In this document: piece by piece, positions 43,794 to 57,999 of the stretch
Layout of the letters: each line of letters opens with the position of its first letter
Position numbering within the stretch: position 1 is the first letter of the stretch
Notes under the pieces: model-generated
The model's input: only the letters and a program-made list of their open reading frames with translations
Databases searched by the model: none
What the model was told of the DNA's origin: nothing
Assembly (NCBI RefSeq): GCF_009914755.1
Contig: NC_060926.1
Direction: 5' to 3' (one strand)
DNA length: 64,000 nt
From: the human T2T-CHM13v2.0 reference genome, Homo sapiens
Translations under genes and position numbers: made by a program

Positions 43794-45392
43794 CAGTGTT
43801 TCTCAAAGTGAGATCCACGGATCCCTGGGGGTTCCAGACACTCTTCCAGGACATTCAACAGCTCAGACTATTTCCATAATAACCCTTGCCTTTCTCACTG
43901 AGTTGACATTTGCCCTAAAGATGCAAAAGTGATAGTAGATGCCTCACCCGAAATTAAGGCAATGGCTCCAAAGCCATAGGAGTCACTGTATTCACCACCA
44001 CCAGGCACTCACAGAAAAGGGACAAACAAGCAAAGTTAGTTTCCCCTAAGAATACCCTTGATGTTTCAGTAAAAGTGATTAATTTTATTAAATCTTGACC
44101 TTCCAGCAAACATTGTTCTAATATTCTGTGTGACAAAATGAGGCACCTCTGATGAGAAATGAAATGTGATGGTCGCTTCTGGGAAAAGGAATTGTGTGAT
44201 TTTTTTTTGAGTTGTTAGCTGCATTAGCCTCTTTTCATGGAATGACAATAGTCCTTGAAGGAACAAGTAATAGATAGATAAATAGATCTATCTATATACT
44301 ATCTATTTATCTACCTATAGATGATACCTATAGGTAGATAGATCTATCTATCTAGCAACTGATAGATAAATTATGGTTAATCGGACTCGAAAGACATTCT
44401 GAAAAATGTACAAAGTGAACCTGTCTCTTAAAGGAAAAAATACTGAAGTATAGCATATAAAATTTGAATTTAAGTGAAAATTAGAATTTTGGAAAAATTG
44501 AATCTGTCACCAGGAACTTAGTAGCATCCCAATAGTAAAAGGCTTCCCTGATAGGACTGATAATGATATTAATGAATATGCTGTTTTGATTTTGTATAAT
44601 AAAATGTGTCAACAGTTGCAAGATTTGTGTAAGTCAACGACAAATATTTTTTGAATGACCAATGCATGATGTTAAAAAATCATGCATCCATAAAAGTTTC
44701 ATTCAAAGAGCAAGATAGGATAATGGCTTTCCAAGTAATAGAGTATGAAAAGTTTCTGGATATGGCTTCAAATTTCACATTGTGACCAATCTTTAAGAAA
44801 CTACCACTTGTGGACTTTTGTTGTAGTATTAAAGAATAACCACAGTCATCTGACAAGGATATTAAAATACTCCATCCTTTTCCAATTACATATTGTGTGG
44901 AGCTGGATCTTCTTTACATGCCTTAATCAGAACAACAGATTGAAACAGATTGAACACAGAAGCAGATATGAGAATCTGTCTCTCATTAAGCCAGAAATCA
45001 GAGATTTGAAAAAATGCAAAACAATGTTACTCTTATGACTAAATTTTTTTGTTTTTGAAGATGGAGATATTTTTCATAAAATATATTATTTAGACTAACA
45101 TGGAATAGGTTTATGATTATTGATTATTTTGATTTTTATGATTATTTTGAGTAAATAATGAGTAATAATATTTTGAGTAATATTTGAGTAATAATATTTT
45201 GAGTAATAATATTTAAGTAATATTTGGAGCAAATAATTATTATTTTGAGTAAAAAGCAAATGTAAAACTTTCTCAGTGTTTAATATGGCAAATATCAATA
45301 TATGTAACCCACATTAACAGAAGCTCTTTGGGGATCCCAGTAATTTTTAAGAGTATAAAGGAATCCTGAGACCAAAAGCTTTCAAAATTACT
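43794..45392. mobile_element. Charlie1-like (hAT) DNA transposon fossil with two internal simple-repeat expansions
   Basis: cagtgtttctcaaagtg...ccctgggggtt start; ...gaatcctgagaccaaaag end; internal aatgaccaatgcatgatgttaaaaaatcatgcat motif. Confidence 0.8.
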
Positions 45393-45394
45393 TA

Positions 45395-46450
45395 TCTGGA
45401 ACAATTGTCAAAATTGGCCATATGCCAGGCCTTAAGGCAAGTCATGAAAAATCTCTGTTTTGAAATTATTCAGAGTATGTTCTCTCATCATAGTGTAATT
45501 AAGTTTGGCATCAATAAAAATACTTTAGAAATCCCCAATATTTAGAAATTAATCCATTCACCTCTAAATATTCTATGTGAAGAAGATATCCCAATAGAAT
45601 TTAGAAAATATTTTCAAGTAAATTACAATTAAAAATGACGTGTCAAAATTCATAGTATCTAAATAAAGGTGTACTTAGAGAAAAACTTATAGCACTAAAT
45701 GTATATATTAGAAGAGAAGCTGAAAAAAGTGATCTAAATATCTATTTAGAAGAAGTAAGAACAACAAAAGCAAATTAAGTCCAAGAAAGCAGGAGGGGGG
45801 ATAATAAGGTCAGAAATAAGGGCTTAAAACACAAATATTCAATGGAGAATCAGCACAAAAGTTGGTTCTTCTTTGAAAAAAACTAAAAATTAATAAATAC
45901 TTAAATCACTCATCAAGAAAATTGGAGAAGGCATAAATTACCAAAATCAAAAATAAAAGGTGTCATTAAATAAATTTTAAGATGATATGAGAAAAGTATG
46001 AAGTTTAGAAATCATAACTTACCAAAACTGATAGAAATGGAAAACATGAATAGTTCTATACCTACTAAAGAAATTGAATCTGTACGTCAAAAGCTCCCTA
46101 TAAGGAAAACTCCAGACTTGAATTCATTCAAATATTTTAAGAGGAAATGACATTAATCTTAAACATTTTCTTTTTCATAGAATATAAACATCTCTTCAAT
46201 TCATTTGATGAGGAAGAAAAGCTTTGATAAAGAAACTTGACAAGAACTTTACAAGGAAGAAAAATTACCAACAATTTCTCCTATCAATGTAGATGAAAAA
46301 TTCTAAACAAAATGTGAGCAAATTGAATTCCATTTTATGTAAATAGGATAATACATTATGATGAAATCAAGTTTATTTAACAATGCAAGACTGGTTTGCT
46401 ATTCAAAAATCAATGAAATATGAATACATATGTAGAGCAACTAAATGTTA
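45395..46450 (+). mobile_element. Old L1M ORF2 fragment (endonuclease-proximal region)
   Basis: A-rich degenerate ORF2: gtacttagagaaaaacttatagcactaaatg; agttggttcttctttgaaaa; aaagaaattgaatc. Confidence 0.7.
46181..46313 (+). ncRNA. Candidate internal exon (133 nt) exonised from sense L1
   Basis: Acceptor aaacattttctttttcatAG|, donor AAT|gtgagc. Confidence 0.4.
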
Positions 46451-46733
46451 AGAAACTCCGGTTTCCAGTCCAACATGTGAAGAGCTTGGAAATCTTCATA
46501 TTAAAAAAAAAACTGAACAAATTGAAAATCAGCAATTCTTACATCCGTCAGAGAATTGAGGTCCCAGGGCAATCTGCTGCCTTGAAAATGAAAGAAACAG
46601 ACAGACAGATACAGAGAATTTCAGCTTAAAAGGAGCAGACGGCCTCAGCTGGACGAGTTCGAGTTTAAAACTCCAGGAGGGGCCAGTCTTGGAGACACCA
46701 CACAGCTGGGAGTTTCACCTCCAGAAGCCCTAC

Positions 46734-47282
46734 TGTTACTCAAAAGGGGTCCCAAGCCAAACCCCAAGAGAGGGTTCTTAGATCTTGCACAAGAAAGAAT
46801 TCAAGGCAAGTCCATAGAGTAAAGTGAAAACAAGTTTGTTAGAAAAGTAAAGAAACAAAAGAATGGCTACTCCATAGGCAGAGCAGACCCAAAGGCTGCT
46901 GGTTGCCCATTTTTATGGTTATTTATTAATTATATGCTAAACAGGTGGTGGATTATTCATGCCTTTCCTTTTTAGACCATATAGGGCAACTTCCTGACAT
47001 AGCCACGGCATTTGTAAGCTGGCATGGCGCTGGTGGGAGTGTAGCAGTGAGGACGACCAGGTCACTCTCATCGCCATCTTGGTTTTGATGGGTTTTGGCT
47101 GACTTCTTTACTGCAACCTGGCTTATCGGCAAGGTCGTTATGACCTGTATTTTGTGCCTACCTCCTATCTCATTCTGTGACTTAGACTGTCTGTCTGGGA
47201 ATGCAGCCCAGTAGGCCTCAACCTTATTTTACCCAGCCCCTATTCAAGATGGAGTTGCTCTGGTTCAGACGTGCCTCTGACA
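46734..47282 (-). mobile_element. MER41A ERV1 solo LTR
   Basis: Reverse complement begins tgtcagaggcac...gaaccagagcaactccatcttgaataggggctgggtaaaat and ends gtaaca; TSD ctac/ccac. Confidence 0.9.
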
Positions 47283-47707
47283 CCACCAGTTACTCACTGT
47301 GAAGGTCCCTCATACTCCTCGCCCTGGGAGGGAAATAGCAACCATTTTAAGATATGGCCGGAGGATTTTACTCTCCTTAACTGCTGCCCTCATGGGGAAA
47401 GCGTTTTGCTAGAGCCTAACTTGGGATTTTATCCAGGCCTAACTGGCCTGAGAGAAGGGAAATACTCAATTCGGGCTCACTAAAGACTGAGCCCTGATCA
47501 CAGGGCTACAGGACACTTCCCCTCCCCCACACCTCATTGCCTTCTCAATAGAGCTCCTGTGTAATAACGGAGGATCAAGAACTGCAAGCCTTAGGCCCTA
47601 TTTTAAAATTTTGAAAGTCTCTAGGAAAACCCAAAGACAACAGGGGAGACAAAAACAAGAGCACTAGAGGAAATTTTAGCCTCTGACACTGCAGCCACAG
47701 TAAACAG

Positions 47708-48477
47708 TGTTGACAAAAAGAGTCAAACTGTAAAATATTTTAAGAGATTTATTCTGAGCCAAATATGAATGACCATGGCCTGTGACACAGCCCTCAGGAG
47801 GTCCTGAGAACATGTGCCCAAGGTGGTTGGGGGTGCAGCTTGGTTTTATATATTTTAAGGAGGCATGAGACATCAATCATATGCATTTAAGAAATACATT
47901 GGTCTAGTTCAGAAAGGTGGGACAACTCAAAGCGGGGGGAGCAGGGCTTCCAGGCTATAGGTAAATTTAAACATTTTCTGGTTGACAATTGGTTGAGTTT
48001 ATCTGAAGACCTGGAATCAACAGAAAGAAAATGTTCAGGTTAAGATAAAGGCTTGTGGAGATCAAGTTTTACTGCGTAGAGGAAGCTTTCAGACAGCCAA
48101 CTTCAGAGTGAGCATGTTGTAAAATGTTTATTATCAGACCTAAAAGAGCACCGGGCTCTTAGTTGATTATCTCCTGGATCTGGAAAGGAAAGAAGGAAAA
48201 AAAAGGGGAAAGGAGATTCTCTATAGAATGTGGATTTTACCCACAAGGGACGACTTTGCAGGACCATTTCAAGACATAACAGAGAAATATGTTTTGGGGT
48301 AAAATATTTTGATTTTCTTCCTTGTTGTGCCAGAGTCAGATTGGAAAGTAAGTGACAATATACAGGGTTAAATCAAATGCATCTGATGAGAATTTATGGT
48401 TTGTAGGGCATGACTCCCTAGACCCCTTAGACAGGAATTTAGGGAGGACAAAAAAAAAAATCAGAGCTTAGTCTTCA
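47708..48477 (-). mobile_element. MER4-family ERV1 solo LTR
   Basis: Inverted homolog of 16592-17361; TSD acag/atag. Confidence 0.85.
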
Positions 48478-48647
48478 ATAGTAAACACAGCCCAATGCCT
48501 AATCAGATAAACATAAACTTCACACTCACATCCTATCCACCTCAGTTCCTATTACTCAATACATTGTATTGGGCTTTCAACAAAAAAATTACAAAGTGTG
48601 CTAAAAGCCAAAACACACAGTCTGAAGAGACAAAGCAAGATCAGAAC

Positions 48648-49392
48648 CCACTTTTGCAAAAATCAGGAGAGTGAGAAAAACCTGACACAGGGAAATTATG
48701 GCAGTGAAAGAGATCTGACTGAACTGATTCCATCTTGCCTTTAATCTCCAAACTGCCCTTGTTCATTCCTGGGCGTAGGCCAAACTAACTTTGGGAGAAA
48801 TTTAGTTTATAGTTTAACTTTGAAACAAAGATAATAACAGCCCCTCCCTGAAAAAAAAATACCCCTTCTTGTCTAGGGACAAAACTGCCTTTGTAAAACT
48901 AACAAATTAGCCACAAGATTAGAAATTATGGCTCAGGAGTCACACATCCAGAGCCCAAAAGATTCCTAACCCCCCCAATTGCTCCTATAGATAACACTAC
49001 TACTGTGAAAGCTAAGATTGGTGTTTAAGGTATTCTTCAGGATCTGCATTCTGTTGGACCAGCTAGCACCACCCAGACCAATACACTGTCTCATCTGGTC
49101 TTGTGAACCCCACCCAGGAACTGACTCAGTGCAAGAGGACAGCTTTGTCCCCTGTGATTTCATTCCTGACCCAACCAGTCAGCATTCCCCATTCCCTTGT
49201 CCCTGTCTACCAAACAATCTTTAAAAATTCTAGACTCTGAACATTCAGGAAGGCTGATTTGAGCAATAATAAAACTCTATTCTGCAATTTAGCTAGCTGT
49301 GTATGTATTAAACTCTTTCTCTACTGCAGTTTCCCTGTCTTGATAAATTGACTCTATCTGGACAGTGAGGAAGAACTCATTGGATGGTTACA
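48648..49392 (+). mobile_element. LTR8-family ERV1 solo LTR
   Basis: tttgcaaaa...cagtgaaagagatctga...ccttgttcattcctgggcgtaggccaaactaactttgggaga; ends ggttaca; TSD GAAC. Confidence 0.85.
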
Positions 49393-49457
49393 GAACCAAA
49401 CTCAGATACGGCAGAGATTTCAAAATTATCAGAAAGGTAATTAAAATAACTACAGTA

Positions 49458-50137
<680 letters not shown>

Positions 50138-51386
50138 TCAGAAGCACTGTAACAGAAATGAAGAATCTTCTTGATGGGCTCATCAGTAGACTGGACACGT
50201 TCAAGGAAAGAATCAATGAGCCTGAAGGTAAGTCAATAGGAGCTTCCACAACTGAAACGTGGAGAGAAAGAAGAATGAGAAAGATGGAACAGAATATTCA
50301 AGAACTATAGAATAATTACAAAAGGTGTAAATTATTATATATAATAACACTACCATTTTTGACAATATCAAAAAACATTATATACCAAAAAATAAATCAA
50401 ATAAAAGATTGTAAGTCCTCTACCTACAAAACCACAAAACATCATTGAGAGAAAGTAAATAAGATATAAATAAATGAAAGAATATACGATGTTCATACAT
50501 TGCAAGACTCAAAATTGAAAGATGTTCATTCTTTCCAAATTTACTCAGTACAATTCTGATTAAAAACTTCGGAAAGTTTTCTATGAAAACTGAAAAAAAT
50601 GATTCTATAATTTTTGTGAAATGCAGTGGTACAAGTGCAGCAAAGACAATCTCAAAAAACAAAGTTGGAAGTCTCAAATGACTATATATCAAGACTTATT
50701 ATGAAGTCATAGAAACTAAGACATAACTAGAGACAAACAGATGAATAAAACAAAACAAGATTACAACAGTCCACAAAATGTCACTTTATTTATGGAAAAG
50801 GTTACATATTATAGCAGTGAGGAAAAGTTGATCTTTGCACTAAAGTCAACTGGTTATCTTTATTTTTAAAAATGAATTTTGACTCCTTTCTTATATTTTA
50901 AACAAAAATCAATACCATTTGGATTATAGGCATAAATGTGAAAGGTAAAAAATAATAAGTTTCTAGAAGAGAATTTAAGAGAATGTCTTCATGGTCTTGT
51001 GTAGCAAAAGTTCCTTTTTTAGGGAACAATAAGTCCTAAACATAACAGGAAAATGATAAAAATTAGACTATATTAAAATTAAGAACTTGTGTTCAACAAA
51101 GACAAAATTAAAGGAGTGAAAAAGCAGACCATAGAATGGAGAAAACATATGTAATAAATGTGTCTGACAGATAACTCGAATCTGCTATACACAGGGAAGT
51201 CTTCAAATCAATTTAAAAAAAGAAAAAGCAGACAACTAATAGAAAACTGGACAAAAGACTGAATTTAACTTCACAGAAGATATAAAGTGTTCAGTAAACA
51301 CATAAAAAGATGCTTAACATTCTCAACTGTCAGAAAAAAATACAAATTAAAGCAATGCGATAGCAGTACACCCCATCACAATGACA

Positions 51387-51838
51387 ATTGTTTCCGATGT
51401 GGAGGTATTATGAATAATACTGCTATGACTATATTTGTACATATCTTCCAGTGCATATTTGTACAAAATCTGCTGGTTGTATACCTAAAAGAGGAAATGC
51501 TGGATCACAGTATGCTTCTATTCAACCTTAATAGAGAGCCCTAAAGAAATCTCCAAAGAGGTTAAGCCACTGTCCACTCCCAGCCTACAGGGAAGAGCAG
51601 TTGGTAGCAAGAATGTGAAGCAACTGGAGCTCTCACGTTCTGCTGGTGGGAGTACACAGTGGCATAGCCTCTTCGGGAGTTTAAGGGTATCTATGAATGT
51701 TAAATATATGCATACACTGTGGTTCAGTATTTCTTCTTTTAGGTATATAACCAACAGATTTTATACCAATATGTGTCAAACGATATGCAAATCTATTCAT
51801 AGCAATATTATTCATAATAGTCCCACATCAGAAACAAT
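51387..51838. repeat. Inverted repeat: arms 51387-51582 and 51647-51838, 64-bp spacer
   Basis: Arms align after reverse complementation (roughly 75-80% by eye); ORF track shows VVYLKEEMLDHS on + and VIYLKEEILNHS on -. Confidence 0.9.
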
Positions 51839-51949
51839 CTCAGTATCCAGCCATAGGAGAATGGATATATAAACTGTGGGCCTCTTCATAGGAAGAAATT
51901 TTCTATAATAATCAATACAAGTGAACTGCAGCTATATGAATGAAGCTCA

Positions 51950-52321
<372 letters not shown>

Positions 52322-52643
52322 CTAAAATTCTAACACGGATAGAACCAATCTATCTTGTTGGAAGTAGGAACAGTGGCTGGTGTGGAGAGGTAGAGGCCTG
52401 AGAGGTGACATGGTTTGGGGGTCCTGGGGGTGGGTATTGTTGGATAGCCTGATCTGTGTGCTGGTTGCCCTGGTGTGGCCACTTTGTGAAAGTTGATCAG
52501 GCTAGACTCTTAAGATGTGTGCACTTTTCTGTAGGTGTATTAGATTTCAGTGAAAAAGCTTGCTTTAATGAACAACTGCAGGGAGAAGTGGGAGTCACCT
52601 TTACCTGGAGACAGAGGAGCAGGAGAATGTTCTTTAGAATGTC

Positions 52644-52928
52644 TTTTTTTTTTTTTAGATGATGTCTTGCTGTGTTGCCCAGGCTGGAGTGTAGTGGCTC
52701 TATCTCGGCTAACTGCAACCTCCACCTCCCGGGTTCAAGCAATCCTTTTCCCTCAGCCACTTGAGTAGCTGGGACTACAGACATGTACCACCATGCCTGG
52801 CTAATTTTTAGGAGAGATGGGGTTTCACCATGTTGGCCAGCTGGTCTCAAACTCCTGGCCTCAAGTGATCCATCCACCTCCGCCTCCCAAAGTGCTGGCA
52901 TTACAGGCATGAGCCACCACTCCCAGCT
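52644..52928 (-). mobile_element. Alu (old S/J-type)
   Basis: Antisense dimer; flanking repeat cagga(g/c)aatgttct. Confidence 0.92.
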
Positions 52929-53159
52929 AGCAGGACAATGTTCTAAAGAGACTACATACAGTCTCTATTTCCCTCCTTCTGAGGAAACAAACAAAAAAAC
53001 ATTTTCCTCTTGTGGGCAGACAGGGTTGCCTTTTTGTTCAGCCTTGTGCTATTCACAGATCCCACAGCACTGACTGACATGTGGTGACTGGGGAGTCAGT
53101 ACATCTTTGGTGAATGAGAAGCGAAAATGTTTTTCTTCTCCACTGAGATTCTCTTTTCA

Positions 53160-53572
53160 ATGGCTCTCTGTGGGGGCCAGGATCTATTTTCCATCTCTTG
53201 AATCTGGCTGGTCCTGTGACCTGCTTGGGCCAGCTGAAACGGCAGAAGCAATGCTGTGCCCACTCTGGGCGTGGACCTCCAAAGGCCTTGCACGCTTCCT
53301 CTCTGCTGTTGTGGCTGCTCAGTGAACAAACCCAGCTAGCCTATTGGGGAATGAGACACCACGTGGCAGGAGACTGAAGCACCCCAGCAGAGAGCCAGCC
53401 AAGCCCAGAAGCACAGCCCCTTGACTGCCCTGAGGTTACTGCAGACACACAAGAGAGCCCAGGCAGGACCAGAACCACACAGCTGACCTGTAGATGCGTA
53501 AGCAGTAATACAGGGTTGCTATTCTAAACTACTTAGTGGAATAGTTTGATACTCAGAAATAGTTAACTGATT
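53160..53572 (+). mobile_element. MLT1F/G-like MaLR LTR
   Basis: tctcttgaatctggctggtcctgtgacctgcttgggcca...aaatagttaactgat. Confidence 0.6.
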
Positions 53573-53942
53573 AAACAACCTCTGGGGCAGCTTTCGCATA
53601 AAGTACAATAAAAATGGACCCCCTGTGGTGTGCAGCGCAACCTGCAGACACCGGATGCACTGGCCCTGGAAAGTGCTGTGGGTGTGTCAACTGGCCAACC
53701 CCACTTCCAGCCTCTCTCCCTTGTCTACCTTTTCTATAGAAGCTACATATGCTTCACTGATGGCCCAGTTTCCCTGGCCACTGGGTGTGGCCGGCCATAA
53801 GACACTGCTCTGGTCAGTTAGATATAGGCAGACACCTGCTAGTGACACCTCTCTTCTCTCTTCCTAACTGTGTCTGTGATGCCTGGAGGTGCCACAACTG
53901 TTTCTAAGGCAAACCTGAGAGATTCCCTTATAGTATCATGGA

Positions 53943-54375
53943 AGACAGTTGCCAGATTTAGCACAAAAGAATAAATGAATAAATAACGATTAACTGAAAG
54001 AAATGCCGGACATTCAGGTACATTTAAATTTGAGTTTTGTTTTGTTTTTAAGACAGAGTCTCACTCTGTTGCCCAGGCTGGAGTGTAGTGGTGTGATCTT
54101 GGCTCACTGCAACCTCTACCTCTTGGGTTCCAGCTATTCTCATGCCTCAGCCTCCTAAGTAGTTGGGACTACAAGTACACCACTGTGCCTGGCTAATTTT
54201 CATATTTTTAGTAGAGATGGAGTTTCACCATGTTGGCCAGGTTAGTCTCAAACTCCTGGCCTCAAGCCATCCGCCCACCTCAGCCTCCCAAAGGGTTGGG
54301 ATTACAGGCATGAACCACCATGCCTGGCCCCCAGAGAATAACTTTTTTAGTATAAGTATATCCCGAATATACCAT
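53943..54375 (+). mobile_element. MER53-like hAT fragment interrupted by an antisense Alu (54035-54329)
   Basis: gttgccagatttagca...ttttttagtataagtatatccc; standard antisense Alu in between. Confidence 0.75.
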
Positions 54376-54907
54376 TTTCTCCAACTCCACCATGGAGTCA
54401 CACATCAGCCCCCGAGTACCTGGGGTACCCATTCAGAGGCTTCCTGTACATGACTGAACCCCCATTTGCTTACTCTTCTGAGGTAGGAAGGGCTTCCTGC
54501 CACTCCGGCTGAATGCAATGCTAGCATATTTTCAAACTGACGGCAGAGGACCCCACGCCAGTCCAAAGGCTTGATGGACAGCCCTATCCTTTCAGTGTAT
54601 GTATCGATTGCTCTGCTGTCTTGTATCTTACAGTGCTGCCAGTGGAAAATCTGAGAACAGTTGCATTTTCTTTTATTTCTTTCCCTTTGGAAACTTGTAA
54701 GATTTTCTACTGATTCTTGCTGGGCGGTGACATGGTCAGCCTAGGTCCATTGGGCATCTCTTTCATGAGTCCTCAGTGGAACTCGGGTGACTGGTTTTAC
54801 CTATATACTCCAGTGATTTACAACTTGGAGAGTTATTTCGAGCATCTGCTTAGTGAATTCCTCTCCTACACTGTTACCCTATCATTTTTCTATCAGTTTT
54901 TTGTTAG

Positions 54908-55325
<418 letters not shown>

Positions 55326-56213
55326 TAATTTATGTTTAAGTAGAAGATGCCATCCCTTTGAAGATATGTGCTTAACTTTTTTTAATTAAAAAATAATTCT
55401 TCAGTTCCAGTCCATGCTGTAATTGGATTCTGAAGTGCTCTTACTGATTTTTGGTTCAAGCCACATCTGCTTCCAGCAGCAGGCCTGTTTCTGTGCAAGC
55501 TGACTGAGTATTCTTCCTCTCCTTGTCTGTTGGGAAGGTTTAGATGCCTTTTTTCCTGCCTTGCCTCCTTGCAGCTCTCTTCAACCTTGGAGCCATGCTT
55601 GGCTGGGCTACCTTGTTGGTGGCAGCCCTCAGGTGGTGGGGGCCCAGAAGTCACTGCTCCCATGGGCCCTGTTGTGCAGCTTAGAATGCTCAGTTCCCTG
55701 CCTGCAGCTGGGAAGCATCACCCAGGTCCGAACTTTTCCTATTGCAAGGCTGTTGCTCTCTCATCCACAGAGGTGGGACACTAGGATCACCTGATCAACT
55801 TCCCTGAGGCTCCTCTGAGGGAGACCAGTGAGTCCTCCAGGACAGAGCACACTGGCTGGTTCCACCCTTCCAGACTGGTCCCTAGGTCTCCATGAGCTCC
55901 CTGTAGGCACTGTGGAGTCCAAGCCTCACCCCAGGGCTCTGCCTCAGGCACCCAGCCCCTCCCTAGCCTGGAAAAGACCAAACTTCAGCCTCTTACACCC
56001 TTAGGCTTTCTCATGCCTTGTAGCCCCGCTTTGGCTGAGCTCAGCAAAGGCACTTGATAGTGCATTCCAGAGACTGTGAGAAAAAGACTCCATGGACCAT
56101 CTTTCTTCCCTACCGTTTTCCCACAAATGCCCAGGCCTTGTACTTGAGACACCTTTTATTTCTAAAGTTTTAAACTTTGTATATTTTTGTATTACATTTT
56201 TAATCAAAAAATA

Positions 56214-56495
56214 ATTTTTCTTTTTTTGAGACAGGGTCTCACTCCGTCGCCCAGGCTGGAGTGGTGAGATCACAGCTCACTGCAGCCTCGACCTCCTGGT
56301 CTCAAGCCATCCTCCCACTTCAGCCTCCTGAGCAACTGAGACTACAGGCATGTGCCACCGTGCTCAGCTAATCTTTTATTTGTTGTTGTGATGATGGTCT
56401 CACCATGTTGCTCAGGCTGGTCTTGAACTCCCGGGCTCAGACAATTCTCCTGCCTTGGCCTCCCAAATGCTGGGATTACATGCGTGAGCCTGGCC
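56214..56495 (-). mobile_element. Alu (AluJ-like)
   Basis: gagacagggtctc, cacagctcactgcagcctcgacctcc J-type features. Confidence 0.92.
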
Positions 56496-56595
56496 TAAAA
56501 TAAATATTTTTAACATCAAAGAGAGCTTTGCTTAAAGCATGATAAAAGGAGAAATGAATGTATTTGACTTCATTAGATCAGGATTTTTAAATTTC

Positions 56596-57203
56596 TGTCT
56601 GAGGGAAGGGAAAACGTCCCTTTTCCCCTGGATGGTGTGCTAAGGAATCAAATGACAAAGGCAGGTTGATAGGAAGAAGTACATACAGCTTTATTAGCGT
56701 ACATGGGGAAGAATCACAGAGTGACTGTCCCACTTGCAATGGTACATCTGATGCTTATATACCCCTCTTCTTAGGGGAGAGGGAGATGGGAAGGGGCAGA
56801 TGATTTTAGGGGGATAGTACATTATTTTTAGGGGAATTCAAGGAGTTTGAAGACATACACTGCCCTGGGACAAAGTCTGTTGGGCCCACAGAGCAGACAA
56901 CCGTTTGTGACAATAATTTGTGCCTAGCTGCATAGACAGACTTCAGTCTTTCTTCCTGCAATATGAGTTTAGTTAATGAAAACTCAGGGAGGGACTAAAA
57001 ATCATTGTTCCTCCTTTGGCAGGTCTGGACTTTAGACAAACAAGGGAACTTCAAAGAATAAGTCCATCCTGCACTTTGGGAGAGACATAGGATTGAGAGA
57101 CAGGGGAAGGGCTAAGAGGACGTCAGAGAGACCTTGAGGCCTCTTCTTCACTTCAGAATGTCAAAGTGTCATATTTTGGGGTATCAGTTTCTCAGACCCA
57201 ACA
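56596..57203 (-). mobile_element. ERV1 solo LTR (MER34/MER39-like)
   Basis: TG...CA termini, catattttggggtatcagtttct...cccaaca end, perfect 4-bp TSD TTTC. Confidence 0.75.
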
Positions 57204-57406
57204 TTTCTTACTTCTAAGACTGTGTTTAGCAAAAGAGTGGAAACCACTTGTGTCCAGTAGCCATGGACAGTTGAGTAAACTATGGTATCTCAAATGGAAT
57301 ACCATGACTATGAAGCTATAAAAGAGGGGGAAAATCTGTGTGCACTGATGTGGAGAGACCACCTGGTTTTAATGGTAAGGGGAAAAGCATGATGCAGAAG
57401 AGCATC

Positions 57407-57857
57407 TAGGGCTCTGCAAACTTTTCCTGTAAAGGGTCAGGTAGCAACTATTTTAGGCTTGCAGGCCACACATGCTCTCTGTTGCAACTGCTCAACTCTG
57501 CCGTGTTAGCAAGAAAGTCGATATGGACAATACATAAACTCATGAGTGTAGCTGTGTTCCAGTAAAACTATATCTATTGCCAGGCCCAGTCGCTCATGCC
57601 TGTAATCCCACTTTGGGAGGCCAAGACAGAAAAATTGCTTGAGCCCAGGACTGAAAGACCAGCCTAAGCAACATAGGGAGACCCCATCTCTACAAAAAAT
57701 AAAAATAAATATCCAAGCATAGTGGCACCTGTGGTCCCAGCTACTCAGGAGGCTGAGGTAGGAGGATCATTTGAGCCCATAAGGTCAAGTCTGTAGTGAG
57801 CTATGATCATGCCACTGCACTCCAGTCTGGGTGACACAGTGAGATCCTGTCTCTACA

Positions 57858-57910
<53 letters not shown>

Positions 57911-57992
57911 CGAAACAAAAAAAAAAACACTTGTATCTACACAACAGGTAGAGGCTGGATTTGGCCCATGGGTTATTGTTTGCCAGCCCCTG
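57407..57992 (+). mobile_element. MER58A (hAT-Charlie) interrupted by an AluJ (57579-57926)
   Basis: gcaaacttttcctgtaaaggg...tgtgttccagtaaaact|Alu|...ggatttggccc...tttgccagcccctg. Confidence 0.85.
57858..57905 (+). repeat. (AAT)16 microsatellite in Alu tail
   Basis: Direct count; gives the poly-Ile run in the ORF track. Confidence 0.97.
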
Positions 57993-57999
57993 GTGCAGA

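Noticed and set aside
46734-47282. MER41 as an interferon-gamma/STAT1-inducible enhancer
   Set aside because: This copy has the MER41A structure; I see no tandem GAS (TTCnnnGAA) segment at the position where MER41B carries it (~46955-46980)
53059-53109. Possible further + strand exon (ttcacAG|...TTG|gtgaat)
   Set aside because: Short, with only moderate splice signals; not distinguishable from chance without RNA data
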